Shown: in pieces, positions 1-27,000 of the stretch
Layout: each line of letters opens with the position of its first letter
How positions within the stretch are numbered: position 1 is the stretch's first letter
DNA from: Felis catus
Taxonomy: Eukaryota
DNA: 64,000 bases
Assembly (NCBI RefSeq): GCF_018350175.1
Contig: NC_058369.1
Span: 6,138,001-6,202,000, forward strand
Direction: 5' to 3'
Made by a program: the position numbers and the translations under genes
The notes under the pieces: model-generated
Told to the model about the DNA's origin: nothing
Database searches by the model: none
What the model saw: the letters and a program-made list of their open reading frames with translations, nothing else

Positions 1-260
1 TCCCAAGGTGGGGGCGTGGCCCCGCGCGTCACCCACGTGGACCCCGCCCTGCTGGGCCGGCCCCGCCCCCCCCTCGGTCCTCGGGGAGGAAGGTGTGTAC
101 CTCGCCGAGCCGGCAGGTGTGTCCCCCGCAGACGCGTGTGAAGTCCCTCGAAGGGCACACCCCGACGACGCGCACCGACGTGAGCTCAGACGCACCTTCC
201 CTGCTCGTGTGCGGCGAGAGCGCGGGATCGCCGGGGAGCAACGCTTTAATCCTCCCCAGA
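1..260 (-). promoter_or_regulatory. STXBP2: CpG-rich promoter/5' end, probably of STXBP2 (gene body lies left of the window)
   Basis: CpG-dense with GC boxes (ggggcgtggc, ccccgccc) and an E-box (cacgtg). STXBP2 lies head-to-head with PCP2 in the human locus. No coding sequence is in the window. Confidence 0.55.
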
Positions 261-1767
261 CACAGCCACCACCCTGCCAGAAGTTTCTCCGTGGTTGACG
301 GATGCTGTGTGCCCAGCCGGCGCCGCGGGGGCCATACGCCTGTGACCCACTTGCCTTCCGTCCCCCAGAGTACAGCAGCCGGCTGGACAGCATTTGATAA
401 AGTCAGGAGGAGGCCTGGAGGGAGGCTTGAGGCTAAGCCAGCACCTACTGTGTGCCAAGGGCCCGTGCCAGAGTCTCACCCAGTCCCCTCAGAAACCCTG
501 ACGGTGGGGAGTGCGGTATAGACGGCGAAGCTGCGGCTCAGCAGGGCCCTTGCCCAAGGCCACGTGACGAACAGGCCCGCTGGGATCTGAACCCCAGGAC
601 TCTGTCCCGGGAGGACTGCCTGTCACATAGCCTGGCCCTCACCAGGGGCACTCACACCCTCATAGGCTGCTCGTCGCATTCATCGGCTGATGACTTCGTG
701 GGTTTGGAGGCACGCTCAACCCCTTGCACGCTGACACACACACGCGATTCACACGTGACCTGAAATTTCGCGGCCTGCTCCTGCTGTGCGCCAGCGAAGG
801 GCGGCCACCTTGTCACACAGAGGGCACAGGCAGCAGCACCCGTGCAAAAGAGGTCCCGGGCGTCAAGAGTGATGCACGTGTGTGAACGCAGAGTCCAGAA
901 CTGGGTCCTTCATTTGGCCGTGTTTCTCGAGGCTTGGTCTGGCGCCTGGCCCTTTGCCACTTACACGGGAAAGGCGGCAGTGAATGACTCTCGGGTCTGC
1001 CAGGTGGCGCTTAAAGTTGAACGGAAGGGGGAGAGAAAATAACTCTCTCCACCAGAGGGGTACCCTGACAGGGTGGCCTTTAGATTTAACCTGAACGACA
1101 TCACAAAGCAGCTCTGCAGCGGTCCAGGCAGAGAGAAGCAGGGGGTGTGTCTCGAGGGGCAGAGGGAGGGAGGTGAGCTTGGAGGGACTGCAGAGGGCTC
1201 GACTTGTCACTTGTCGTGGGACAAGATAGGACTAAGCCAGTCCGATTTGCCTGGGATTGAGAGGTTCCCCGGGCACAGGACTTCCAGCCCTAAAACTGGG
1301 ACGGTCTCGGGCAAACCAGGATGGCTGGTTACTCTATGTGGGGCTTTGGGGCTTTCTTTCATTTTTTCCTCCCTCTGTTCCTTCCTTCCCTGTTCTCTTT
1401 TTCTTTCTTTCAAAGCTTTATTGAGCGATCATTCACCTACCACACACGTCAGTCACTGAGACTGGACAATTCAATGCCTTGTAGCAGACGCAGAGATGCG
1501 CACCCACCCCCGATTTTAGAACATTCCATTACTCGGAGGTGTTTTGAGTTGTCTCCTGAGGACAATGGAGGCCAAGGTTGAGTTCTGAGCAGGGGAAGGA
1601 GGGGGTCCCTGCAGCTCCGGAGGGGAAGGATGGATTGCAGGGGCAAAGGGAGTTGTTGGGAGACCAGGAGACCCCCCCACCCCAGCCTCTCAGCCTGTCC
1701 CCTGGGGGTGAAAGTCTGTAGGGCCTACCACCCCCTACTCTACACTGTGAGAGTGACCAGGGTGCTC

Positions 1768-2090
1768 GGCTGTTTATGGGCTGCATGGTATCCTGTCCAC
1801 CTTCCGCCACCAAAAAAGGTTGAAGCCCTAACCTCTAGTTCCTCAGATTGTGACCTTATTTGGAAATGGAGTCGTTGCACATGCAATTAGTTAAGAGGAG
1901 GTCACACTGCAGTAGGGGTGGGCCTTTATGCAATGTGACTGGTATCCTGTCTTATGATGGCCTTGTGCAGACAAGGACACAGAGGAATGTCGTGTGATGA
2001 CAGAGGCAGACTTTGAAGTCCTGCAGCTCCCAGCCCGGGAACACCAAGGTCTGCCTGCGACCACCAGAACCCGGGGAGAGGAAAGGAAGG

Positions 2091-2121
<31 letters not shown>

Positions 2122-2235
2122 GGTTCCAGAGCATGGTGCTGCCACACCTCAACTTCAGGCTGTACAACAATGTCTGTTGCTCTCGGCCACCCAGTTTGTG
2201 ACTTTGTCAAGGCGGCTCCAGGAGACCGGTACATC
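1768..2235 (+). mobile_element. MLT1-type (ERVL-MaLR) solo LTR with internal (CA)n at ~2091-2116
   Basis: Typical MLT1 motifs: tgtgaccttatttggaaat, attagttaagaggaggtca, gtgatgacagaggcaga, ccacccagtttgtg. Boundaries approximate. Confidence 0.7.
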
Positions 2236-3200
2236 GCGGAGGAGCAGGGCATCCTGTTGGCATCGAGGACTTGGGGCTGTGGAGGGGGTGTAGACGTGGG
2301 CCCTGGGTGGGGGGGGGCTGCCTGGGGAGGAGGACCAAGCTTCGCGCTTAGGGAGGTGTGGGGACGGTGTGGCCCATTTATTCCAAGAAGAAATCTTAAC
2401 TGGTTTCCAGAAAGGCATCTTGGGGAGGGGATGGGGTGCCAGTGACAGCCTCCCAGTGGCATCCTCTCCCAGGGCACTGAAAGAAAGCCATAGCTGCTTG
2501 GGGGAGGGGGCAGGGACTTTCCTCCTTGCCTCTGGTCCCCAGGCACTGAGATGACAGATCACAGGAGACAGCTCAACCTGACACTGGCGACAGGACAGGA
2601 AATCCCAGACCTTCTTGTCTCAGGGCCTGTGGTGGGCAGCCGGACCCAGGGCCAGTGACCAGGAGGCGTGGCCTGGAGACACAGAAGGAGCCAGTCTGCC
2701 TGGCGGCACCTCAGTGGTCCTGGGGTCCAGCTTCTTCCCCCGGCACCTGCAGATGACAACCGCCCCTCCAGCAGGCTGATGCCATCCTGCACTGCTTCCC
2801 ACTGGGGGGCTCCACATCCTGCCCGAGCCGCCCTGGTGGCCCGTGCTCTCCCGATGGGGCCAGCCAGCCCCCGCTCCCCACCATGGGGACGCTGCTCTGG
2901 CTTGCTGTTGAGCCCCACCTGAGAGTCCCTGCGGCCCAGTGGATCCTGCTGGGCGAGGTCCAAACCCGGGTCCCCCTGCCTCCTACCCCCACAGCAGCAC
3001 CGGCATCCTTTTGCAAAAACAATGATCTGGATCATCTTTATGGGGCTTAAGCCTGGGTGGGAGCAGATGGGGCGTGAGCTGGGGATTTGGGGCTGGGTAT
3101 CCGCTCTCCCCACGTCACAATCTTTTAAAAAGCCTTCTCCGGCACAGGGCCGGGTTAGAGGCCAGCAGAGAGGGAGACCCAGGGGAGGGGAGCGGGGACC

Positions 3201-5613
<2,413 letters not shown>

Positions 5614-5657
5614 GGGCCTGACACGTCCTGGGCCCTACCTGGCCCCTGAAAGCAGAC

Positions 5658-5663
5658 AATAAA
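5658..5663 (+). terminator. PCP2 polyadenylation signal AATAAA
   Basis: AATAAA 45 nt after the stop codon, with GT-rich sequence downstream. Confidence 0.8.
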
Positions 5664-5724
5664 ACACTCCCACGAGAAACAAGGAACCGCGTGTGTGTTA
5701 TTTGGTGGGTGGAGGGGCTAGGAC

Positions 5725-6603
5725 TCAGGAGCTCTGCCGGGCGGCACGAAGGAGTTTCTCCTCCCGCTGCTTCCGTATCCTCTCTTTGAATTCTTCTAGC
5801 TCTCGGCGCTGGGGGTGGAACGGGAAGGAAGGGGGAAGAGGGCACACACCTCAGGGGCCTGGACCCCGATCCCACCACCCGGCCTGCCCCCTACTCCCCT
5901 AGGCCACAGCTTCAGAGTTCATCATCTACACTGGAAGCCCTGTGCCAACTACAACCAGGGTCTAAGTGGGATCGGTTTCATCCTTCAGGAAGAGGGCACT
6001 AAGGAAACCATACGCCCCTCTGCTCTCAATTCTCCTTCTTCATGACTGGGGGTAAAGTTTTCACCAAACCCATTATGGTCACAGGGACCCAGGCACCCCC
6101 ATCCCTTCAGGAGGCAGAAGAGTATGTTACTTACCTGGTCCTCCTTCTCAGGTGGCCACAGCTCCCTCTGTGGGGACAAAGTAACAGCTGGAAGCAGGAG
6201 CCAGGAGCTTCCGGAGACCCCCCACCCAGTGCAGGGTCGGTTCGTAGAAGGCAAACATTGCTCCCCAGCAGGTTGGTGCCCCACGCTCTCCCCCACCCCC
6301 TGGAATGAGCCCGTGAATATTCTCGTCTATGCCCACCTTGCGCTGTATGACATAATCCTCAAACCACTCGGCCTGATTGGCAATCCAGAACATAGCCACA
6401 GGGAAGGTGAGGTAGAGTGTCATCTAGAAGGGCAGGGGGTAAATGAACAGAGCCAGGGATTAAACCCCTTCCGCAGTGTGCACAGGCTGCTCAGAGCCTG
6501 GAGGACCATCCTCCCGCAGAGCCAGGGACCTCCTCGGGACCCCCAAGGACCCCTGAACTCCCACCAAGGGTACAGAAGCCTCACACCTAAAAGCCTAGGC
6601 CCC

Positions 6604-6638
<35 letters not shown>

Positions 6639-7200
6639 GTAATAATTTAAGAGACCTCAAAGCCCCCTCCGAGTCTGGGTTAGGGTTAGGGTTAGACTCC
6701 TTCTCAGAGAAAGACACACGCACACGCACCCGACTCAGAATACAAAAGCTCGTACTACAATCAAAAGCATCTGCCGAGGCCTCATTACCCACCCGTTCGT
6801 CGGATCTCTGAAACACCTCCAAACCCAGGAGGCCTCACTATTTACATTTAGTCTATTTCTCTAAACATAGGCGTCTCCCTATCAGAAACACACATGCCAC
6901 CCAGAGCCCCACGAGCTCCCCAAGCGTCTGGAGCCTTCCTTCTTGGAACCTCTTCCTCAGATCACTCCTCTCAGAGGTCCTTCCTCCCACCAACCCTCCC
7001 AGAGCCCCCTAACCCGGCGCCCCCTCCTCTAGGCTTCCGACCCTAAAGACCCCTCTCAAAACTCAGAAGCTGTCTCCTCAGATTTCCCTCTCTCTTGGAA
7101 TCCCCGCTTATCTGAGCCTCCCCGTCAGATCCGGGAAGAACCCAGCCGCCCATCCGCTCCAAAGATCACTGACCCGAAACACCTCCAGCTTCACCCCCAT
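5725..7200 (-). CDS. PET100: Cytochrome c oxidase assembly chaperone PET100, 76 aa
   Basis: Exons 7200-7174, 6423-6337, 6167-6135, 5808-5725, GT-AG, 231 nt. MGVKLEVFR-MTLYLTFPVAMFWIANQAEWFEDYVIQRK-RELWPPEKEDQ-RRELEEFKERIRKQREEKLLRAARQSS*. Confidence 0.96.
6604..6646. repeat. (TAA)n microsatellite in PET100 intron 1
   Basis: Directly visible trinucleotide run. Confidence 0.95.
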
Positions 7201-7510
7201 CTCGCTTCTCCTAGGCTACAAAGCCGCTTCCGCCCAAGGTCAACCCTCCAGCAAGACAGCAGCTCATTGGGCGTTCGCGGGCTCCACTACTGAAGCTGAT
7301 TGGTCGAGGAGCTTTCAAGATGACGTCATCTTCGGGAGCCTCTTCTCTGCTTCCGGTCCCTGGAGCCGTCCACGCGAAAGTCAACAAACGTCGTCCGCTC
7401 GGTCGGAAAAGGTTCAACCAATAGGAAATAGGTCTGGCCCTGGGGGGCGGGCCTTCAGCGGGAGACGTCATTATAACGCGACTTCTGGCCGTGTCTGGAG
7501 AGCCAGGAAA
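7201..7510. promoter_or_regulatory. Bidirectional PET100/XAB2 promoter
   Basis: Divergent ATGs ~310 bp apart. Full CRE TGACGTCA 7321-7328, ETS gcttccgg 7349-7356, CCAAT boxes 7266, 7299 and 7418, GC box 7444-7451. CpG-rich. Confidence 0.88.
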
Positions 7511-20207
<12,697 letters not shown>

Positions 20208-20254
20208 CCCCAGCCCTGCACCCCTCATCCCTCCTCCCCCATTCCTCCTCCCCC

Positions 20255-20260
20255 AATAGA
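20255..20260 (+). terminator. Probable variant poly(A) signal AATAGA of XAB2
   Basis: The only AATAAA-like hexamer seen shortly after the stop codon. Confidence 0.45.
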
Positions 20261-21397
20261 ATCTATGTTTGTACACACGGTCTGAGCCTCTTTCCTGCCC
20301 ACCCTTCCCGCTGCCCAGGTGCCTATGGGGACTGCCAGCTGGGTAGTGCCCTGGCCTTGGGCCCGGCACCCCCCCCCCCCCGCCCCCAGATTGGCTGATG
20401 CGGGAGGTGGGGCAGCTGGGCTTCCAGCCAGGGCACATGCCCCACCCTCCCCCTGCAGAGCCAGTTCTCAGAGGCCTGTCTCTGCCGCCTGAGGCCTCCT
20501 TGAGGGCCTTCCCAGCCCATTCCCACATTAGGTGGAGATACACAGCCTTCCCTCTCCAGATTCATTCTGGGCCAGGGCGCTGACCTCCCCCTCAGAAGAC
20601 TGGTCTGAGAGCCTGTCAAGGTACTTCTCACCCTGGATGGCAGCCAGGAGCCAGACCTCAGCCCTGGGTCAGGGCGTGGTCCTTAGGCCTAAGCTCTGGG
20701 AAGCCATTAGTGGGCTCTGGACTATTAAGGGATTTTAAGCATCAAGAGACATAATCAGATTTGTGCTCTGAACAGGCCATGTGGGCTGTGGGGGATTGGT
20801 TGGTGGTGGGAGGTGAGGGTGGGGGGGGGGGGAGGCCCGGGTTGGTGGCCTGGACTGGGGGCCAGTTATGGGGATGGAGAGAGGCTAGCGAGACAGAAGC
20901 GGCCATTAGGTGAACTGTGCAGTGTCGGGTGGGGTTGGGGAAGCCGGTCCTGTGTCTGGGCCACGGAGAGCAGCAGCTCGAGTTACGGCCTAGGGCCTAC
21001 ATCTGAGCTGTCCCAGCGATGCCAAGGGCACACCTGGACCCTTGGGTGTGGGGCTCGTAGGAAACATGGGAATCCTTTCCAGAGGCCTAAATGGGGGCAG
21101 GCGGCTGGAGGAGAGAAGGTCAAGCTTAGCAGCTGGCCGCAGACCAAGTGCCCGGAGGGGCCGGTAACATCCGCACGGAGGAGGGAAGTGCAGTGAGTGG
21201 CGGGTGGGGAGGCCACGGGGAGAGGCTGGTCAAGAGGCAGCCAAGGAGCAGCCACGAGGGGCCTTGGCACGAGCCGCATCAGGGCTCTTGAGGCGGCAGG
21301 ACATGGCGGGTGAGGCTGGAAAACCCCCTCAGAGAGGTCACTGGACGCCCCAGCCAGCCTCAGGGAGATGCCGGCACTCGAGCTCTTTCTAAATTAT

Positions 21398-21403
21398 TTT
21401 ATT
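21398..21403 (-). terminator. CAMSAP3 polyadenylation signal AATAAA
   Basis: tttatt on the + strand ~210 nt past the CAMSAP3 stop. Confidence 0.8.
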
Positions 21404-21609
21404 CAAGAAGGTGGGGAGGACAGACAGGGGACTGAGCTGAGCCCTGAGTCCCTGAACCTCCCAGCTCAGCCCCCACAGCAGGACAGGACAGAAGTTAGGG
21501 GGTAGGGACTCCAGCCCTACCCAGACAAGGTTGGGGACAGACGAGACCCAGGAATGCCAACTGATTGTCCTCCAGGCTGTCCTCTGCCCTGGGAACCACC
21601 GGGACGAGG

Positions 21610-24039
21610 CTACTTGGGGGTGCTGCTGCCCTTCTTGGGGGTGGTGGGCTTCTTGCTCTGCCAGAGGTGGCCCTGGATGGTGAAGGCGTCTACACTCATG
21701 GACATGGTCTTGGCAGGGATCTGGGTAAAGCGCTTGCGGTCCGAGTTGTACTTGTAGATGCCCTCGACCATGGCGGGCGTGACTGTGCGGGGGCCGTAGC
21801 CGGCCAGCCTCGTCAGCTCCTCTGTCTCCCCGGACAGCGTGTAGAGGGCCCGGAACTGGCAGCTCGAGTCGCGGAAGAGGATCAGGAAGTGATTGGCCTT
21901 GCTCTTCTCAATTTCCTGGTCGGGTGGTGGAAGCGGTTCACCGGGGGTGGGCGGCAGGGCCCTGGCCCCAGCCCGCCCGCCCCCACTGCCAGCCCCAGGC
22001 TCACCTCCAGAATGCGGTTCTTCTGCGGTTCGTTCACCTTGCCCGCGAGGCAGCAGTGCGACAGGGCGTTGTGGATGATGAACTTGTTGGACTTGGCGCT
22101 GGGCTCCTTGTACAGCCGCGGACCTGGGGTGGGCAGGGTGGTCAGCGGGGGTGACGGGAGGCGGGCAGGGCCTGGCGGGGTGCTCGCGATCCCCAGCCCC
22201 ACTTACCTGTGTACTCGGGCACCGACGCCGGGGACGAGGCGTTGCTACCGTTCTCCCAGTCACGTTCCCGGCTACCAGGCAGGCGGCTTGGGGACATGAG
22301 GCCGGATGGGGATGGAGCCCTGTGGGGGGACAGGAAGGGATGGGGATGCACTCGGTGGTGGGTGAAGCCTTCCCACGCACAGAGGGACCGGGGAAGGGCC
22401 GAGCCCAGAACACCGCACAACGGGAGGCAGGTGCACCTGCCGGAGCCCTGCTCAAGTGCAGAGGACAGAGCCCCACTCGGCCTCGAATGTGTCCTCTAAT
22501 CCCTTCGGCGGAAGAGAACACACAGACTCGGGGCACCTGAGACGCGGGCACCTGCCCACCCCGGCCAAACTCACCGAGACGTCGGCCTCTTCACGCCAAG
22601 ATTATTGGGGGCCTCGTTGGCCACGGTTGACAGTGACAGGGTGGACTGAGAATAGACTTTGCTGAGCCGGGAGCCTGGGAGAAGATGGCAGGGAGTCATC
22701 CCCACCCTAAGCCCCTGGTGTCCCCAAATGCCTGGGGGGAGAACCTTACCTGGTAGGCTGTGGAGGGCGCGTGGGGTCAGCCCTTCCCAAGACCCTCACC
22801 CTGTGCCTTCCAACTGAGACCTCCCCCTACCCACGGGGGCAGGAGCTGTGCCCAGCAGGCTGTGAGGAAACCCCCACTAGAAAGCTGTTGCCCCTGAACG
22901 TACCCGAGGGGGCCTCATCCACGAAACCCCAGAGACAACTCTGGGCCAGCTCTGCCCAACACGCCTTACCCCCACTGTAGCCCCCACACCCCTCTGGAAG
23001 TCTAAAGGGCATGGGCAAGGCCCCCGTCACCCCACGCACAGTCTTCCCCTCTCCCACATACTCGGGGTGGGGGGGCGCGGTCTCCACAGCCCTGGAAAAG
23101 GGCACTGAGCAGGCACCATCCCTGCGCCCCACCCCTCCCTACGGGCTCCTTACCCAGCAGGCCACGGGCAGGGCTTCGTGCCAGAGCCGAGTCGTCACAG
23201 CAACCGGAGCGCGGCCGGGGGCCCCTCCGCCCACCCCGGCCCGGCCCCCCGGTCCCCGCAGCCCGTGGCCGTAGCACTTTGTCAAGGTCGTCCATCAGCT
23301 TCAGCTGGGCCCGGCGTTCATACTCGAGCCGGGTGAACTCCCCCCTCCTGGGGCCCACCTCCTCCTCGACGGGGGCCCTGGCGGCAGGGGCCGGGGTCGC
23401 TGCGGGGGCCGGGGGGGCCGGGGGGCCCGGGGCCGCCTCCTCCTGGGCCAGCCTGCAGACCGAGAGTTATCAAGCGGTCAGACAGGCCGCGGGTTCGCGG
23501 GGGGCCGGGGGCCCGGGCAGCACTCCGCTCACCGGGCAGCCTCTTCCCTCCGCTGCTCCTTCTCGGCCTCCTGCCACTGCTTCCGCCGCCGAGCCTCCTC
23601 CGCCCGCCGCTGCTGCCGTTCCAGCAGGCTGGCCCGCTTTTGGGCCATCTCGTCCTCGGGCTTGTCTTCATCCTGGGGGCAGGCTCGGAGTCCGGCTGGC
23701 CGTCCCTCCCCTGGTACGTCCATCAACCCAGCCTGGCAACCACTCACCCACCCTTCCGATTTTGTAATTGGGCTGAGGGCGTCCCCTCGGCTCCTGCTTC
23801 GTGCAGAGTTCTACGTGCGGCACAGGGACCAGAGTGGACCCGGGTGCTGTTCACACAGAGCACTTAACCCAGGGCGGGAGACGACCTGATACATCAGAAG
23901 CAGCTACCAGTCTGGGGCACCTGGGAGGCTCAGTGGGTTAAGCATCTGATTCTTGGTTCTGGCTCAGGTCATGATCTCACAGTTCATGAGTTTGAGCCCC
24001 ACATCAGGCTTTGCACTGACAGTGAGGAGCCTGCTTGGG

Positions 24040-24074
<35 letters not shown>

Positions 24075-27000
24075 CTCCCTCACTCTCCCTTCTCTCTCTC
24101 AAAATAAATAAAAACTTAAAAAATATTAAGACAAAACAGCTACCAGTCTACAGGGCGGGGAGGGATCTATCGCAGCCTGGGGGCACTAAGCAAGGCTTCC
24201 TGGAGAAGGTGACCAGGGAGAGAGAATGGCAAGAAGGCGAGAGGTAAAGAGAGTATCCCAGGCAAGAGGGAACAGCAAATGCAAAAGCCCTGAGGCTAGA
24301 ACAAGCCTAGCAGGCCTGGAATGGGGAGGCCGGTGTGGCTGGGATGGGGTGGGGGTGGGGGGCCTGGAAGGGTCAGAGGTGGGCAGAGCCTAAGGCCACG
24401 GAAGGACTTTTATTCTGAGAGCAAGGGGAGCTACCGAAGGGTTTAAACAGGGGATTGACAAGGTCCAGTTCATAGTAAAAAAAAAAAAATCTCTCTGGCT
24501 GCTCAGTTGAAGATGGCCAGGGATGGAGGGGTGGGGTGGACAGCAGAGGCCGTTCAAGATGTGGGTGCAAGTGTCCAGGTGAGAGCACCGGGCCAGACTG
24601 GGGGTGCCGTGAGGATGGGGAACAGGGACCAGACATGGGAGAGCGGGGAGGGGAACCGGCAGGGCCGAGGTGGGCAGAGTGTGAAGGAGAGCATGAGACA
24701 GAAGGAAGTGGAAGACCCCAGCCCTGCTTATCCGCCCGCCCCTGTCCGTCTGTCACCCACCCGTCTGTCCACCCACGCCCACCCGTCCATCTGTCTATCC
24801 ACCCACCCACCCATCTGTCCATCTGGCCACGCCCACCTTGTCCTTGCCCACTCCCACCTGGCTCTCCGCCTCCACGCCTGTGCCCACCCACCCCGCCCCT
24901 TCCCCAACCTGCTTCGGCGACTCACCTTGTAGAAGAATCCCAGCCCGGCCCGGGGCTCTCCCTCCGAAGACGCCTCCTCCTCTAAGGAATCCTCAGCACC
25001 AGGGGGGCTCCCATCTCCCTCGTCCTCGGCCGTGGGCTCTTCCAGGCTGCCCAGTGGGATCTCGATGAGGCCAGGCCGGGCCGCGGGCTCCTCTGGAGGC
25101 GACCCCTCCGCCAGGAGGATAGAGGAACGGGTCTGCACGGGCACCTGGCTTGGCGAGAACTTGCGCAGGTGGGGGAGGCTGTCTACATCATGGGGAGGCG
25201 TGAGCACTCTCGTCAGGGGAGCCAGCCGCAGCTCCGCCGGCCGTGCGTGTTTCGGGCTTCGGGGTGTCGGGCTGGGGCCGGGCCCGGGGCTGCGCCGGGC
25301 AGCCGGGGCGCGCCGAGCAGGGCTGGGAGATGCGGCTTTGGGACCCACCGTGGGACCAGGGATGACCCACGCGGCGGGCGGCGGGGCCGGCCCCGGGGCC
25401 TCGGGCGGAGCCAGGAGCCGCTGCTGCTGGTCCGTGAGCCTCTGCATGTCCCGCTGCAGCGAGCTCAGTGCGGCGCTTAACTTGCTGACCGCCCGGTTAT
25501 AGTCCCCCAGCCCCTCGGGGGGCACTGGGCCCAGTTCGGGTGAGAAGGTCACTGCCTTGGGCCGCGGGGACGGCTCGCCCTGGCCCTCACCCGCCGGCCG
25601 CTCCCCACCGGGGACTGGGCCTGGCTCCGCCTCTGCCTCCGCTTCCCCTCCGGCCTCCCGAGGCTGCACCTGCAGGAAAGCGCTCTTGCCCAGTCGCTGG
25701 CGGTGCTTGGCAAAGATGGCCTCGATCCGTCGCTTCTGAGCCTCTATGGCCCGCCGTTTCTCCTCCAGCCGGGCTCCCAGCTCGCTCATCTCGGAGCTCA
25801 GGGCCTCTGGTGCCGCGGGGGTGGCCGTCGGGGACCCTGCCTCGGCCTCAGCCCTCACCAGCTGCTTCTTGCGTTCAGCAAAGCTGGTCATCTTCACTTC
25901 GGAGTTGTTGGCCGCTGGGGACGAAGCCGCCGCCTTCGGGGAGCCCTCGGATAGGGCCGACGGTTTCGACATCTCCGCCACCGTGCAGGGAGATGGTTTC
26001 AAGGGGGCCTCGGGGTGGGGCACGTAGGCGGGTGCTTTGGAGGCCCCCTCGAGTGGGTAGGAGGAAGCCAGCGGCAGTTTGGAGGGCCCCTCGGGGGAGT
26101 GGAGGTAGAAGCTGCCGTCGGCAGCCCCATCTGGGAGCAGCCGGGGCTCGGCACTGTGGATGATCTGCAGGGCCTCCTCGATGGTAGGCAGGTCGCCAGG
26201 CTCCGGGGCTGGCTGCACGGGGGTCCGGGCTGGCACAGGGCGCGGGGGGCCCAGGCTGTCTGAGCTGACCGAGCGGAGTAGGACGGGGTCTCCCATGACG
26301 ACATCCACGTCGCTGTCCAGGCCAAAGGGGGTGCTGAACGACACTGCCTGGGAGAGGGGACGGCTGGGCGGCAGGAGGGAGGGGTCAGCCCCTGGGACAA
26401 GCCCCGGCCCCACCCCTGCCCAGCCTGCTCCACCGGCCAGGCCCCTGAGACGCACTCACCTGAGCTGACGGTTCCAGGCCTTGCCGAGGGCCTCCATGTG
26501 GGACATGGACGGGGAGGACTTCAGTGAGCCTGGGGAGGGGTGGTAAGCGGTCATTCAGTGGCCACTACGGCGCTGGGCACCCTGGGTGGGGTCCGCCGGG
26601 GGGTGTCACTGATGGGCATTATGTGGACAGATAGCTGGGGGCCACTGTGGGGGTGAGTGTCACCACCGGGTCATTCAGGCGCCTGAGGGACCCAGTGGAA
26701 GGATCAGGAGGAGAGACAAAGTCAGCCGGGGGTAGTGGCTGCATAGGGGTCTCCAGTGACAAGCTGTACCCCTGCCCTCACCTGTGGATCCACGGAGTGG
26801 GGACTGGGAGCCGCCGGGTGACAGGAGCGGGTGGCGGAAATTGAAGACAGGAGAACTGCCAAGAGATGCACATCAGCCAAGGGCCCCCCCCTGCCCCGCC
26901 CCTGCTCACCTCTCCCAGGAGCCGAGAACAGAGAGCATCCCCTAGCCCTGTCACAGGGCCATGGCCATGGAGACTCACCCAATGGGGAAACCATACCTGC

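Noticed and set aside
6677-6695. Short (TTAGGG)-like run, with similar variant hexamers near 34346-34370
   Set aside because: Only about three units, too short to call an interstitial telomere.
22124-22206. Short CAMSAP3 intron, possibly equivalent to the human MIR6792 host intron
   Set aside because: Neither a conserved hairpin nor the mature sequence can be confirmed from this sequence alone.
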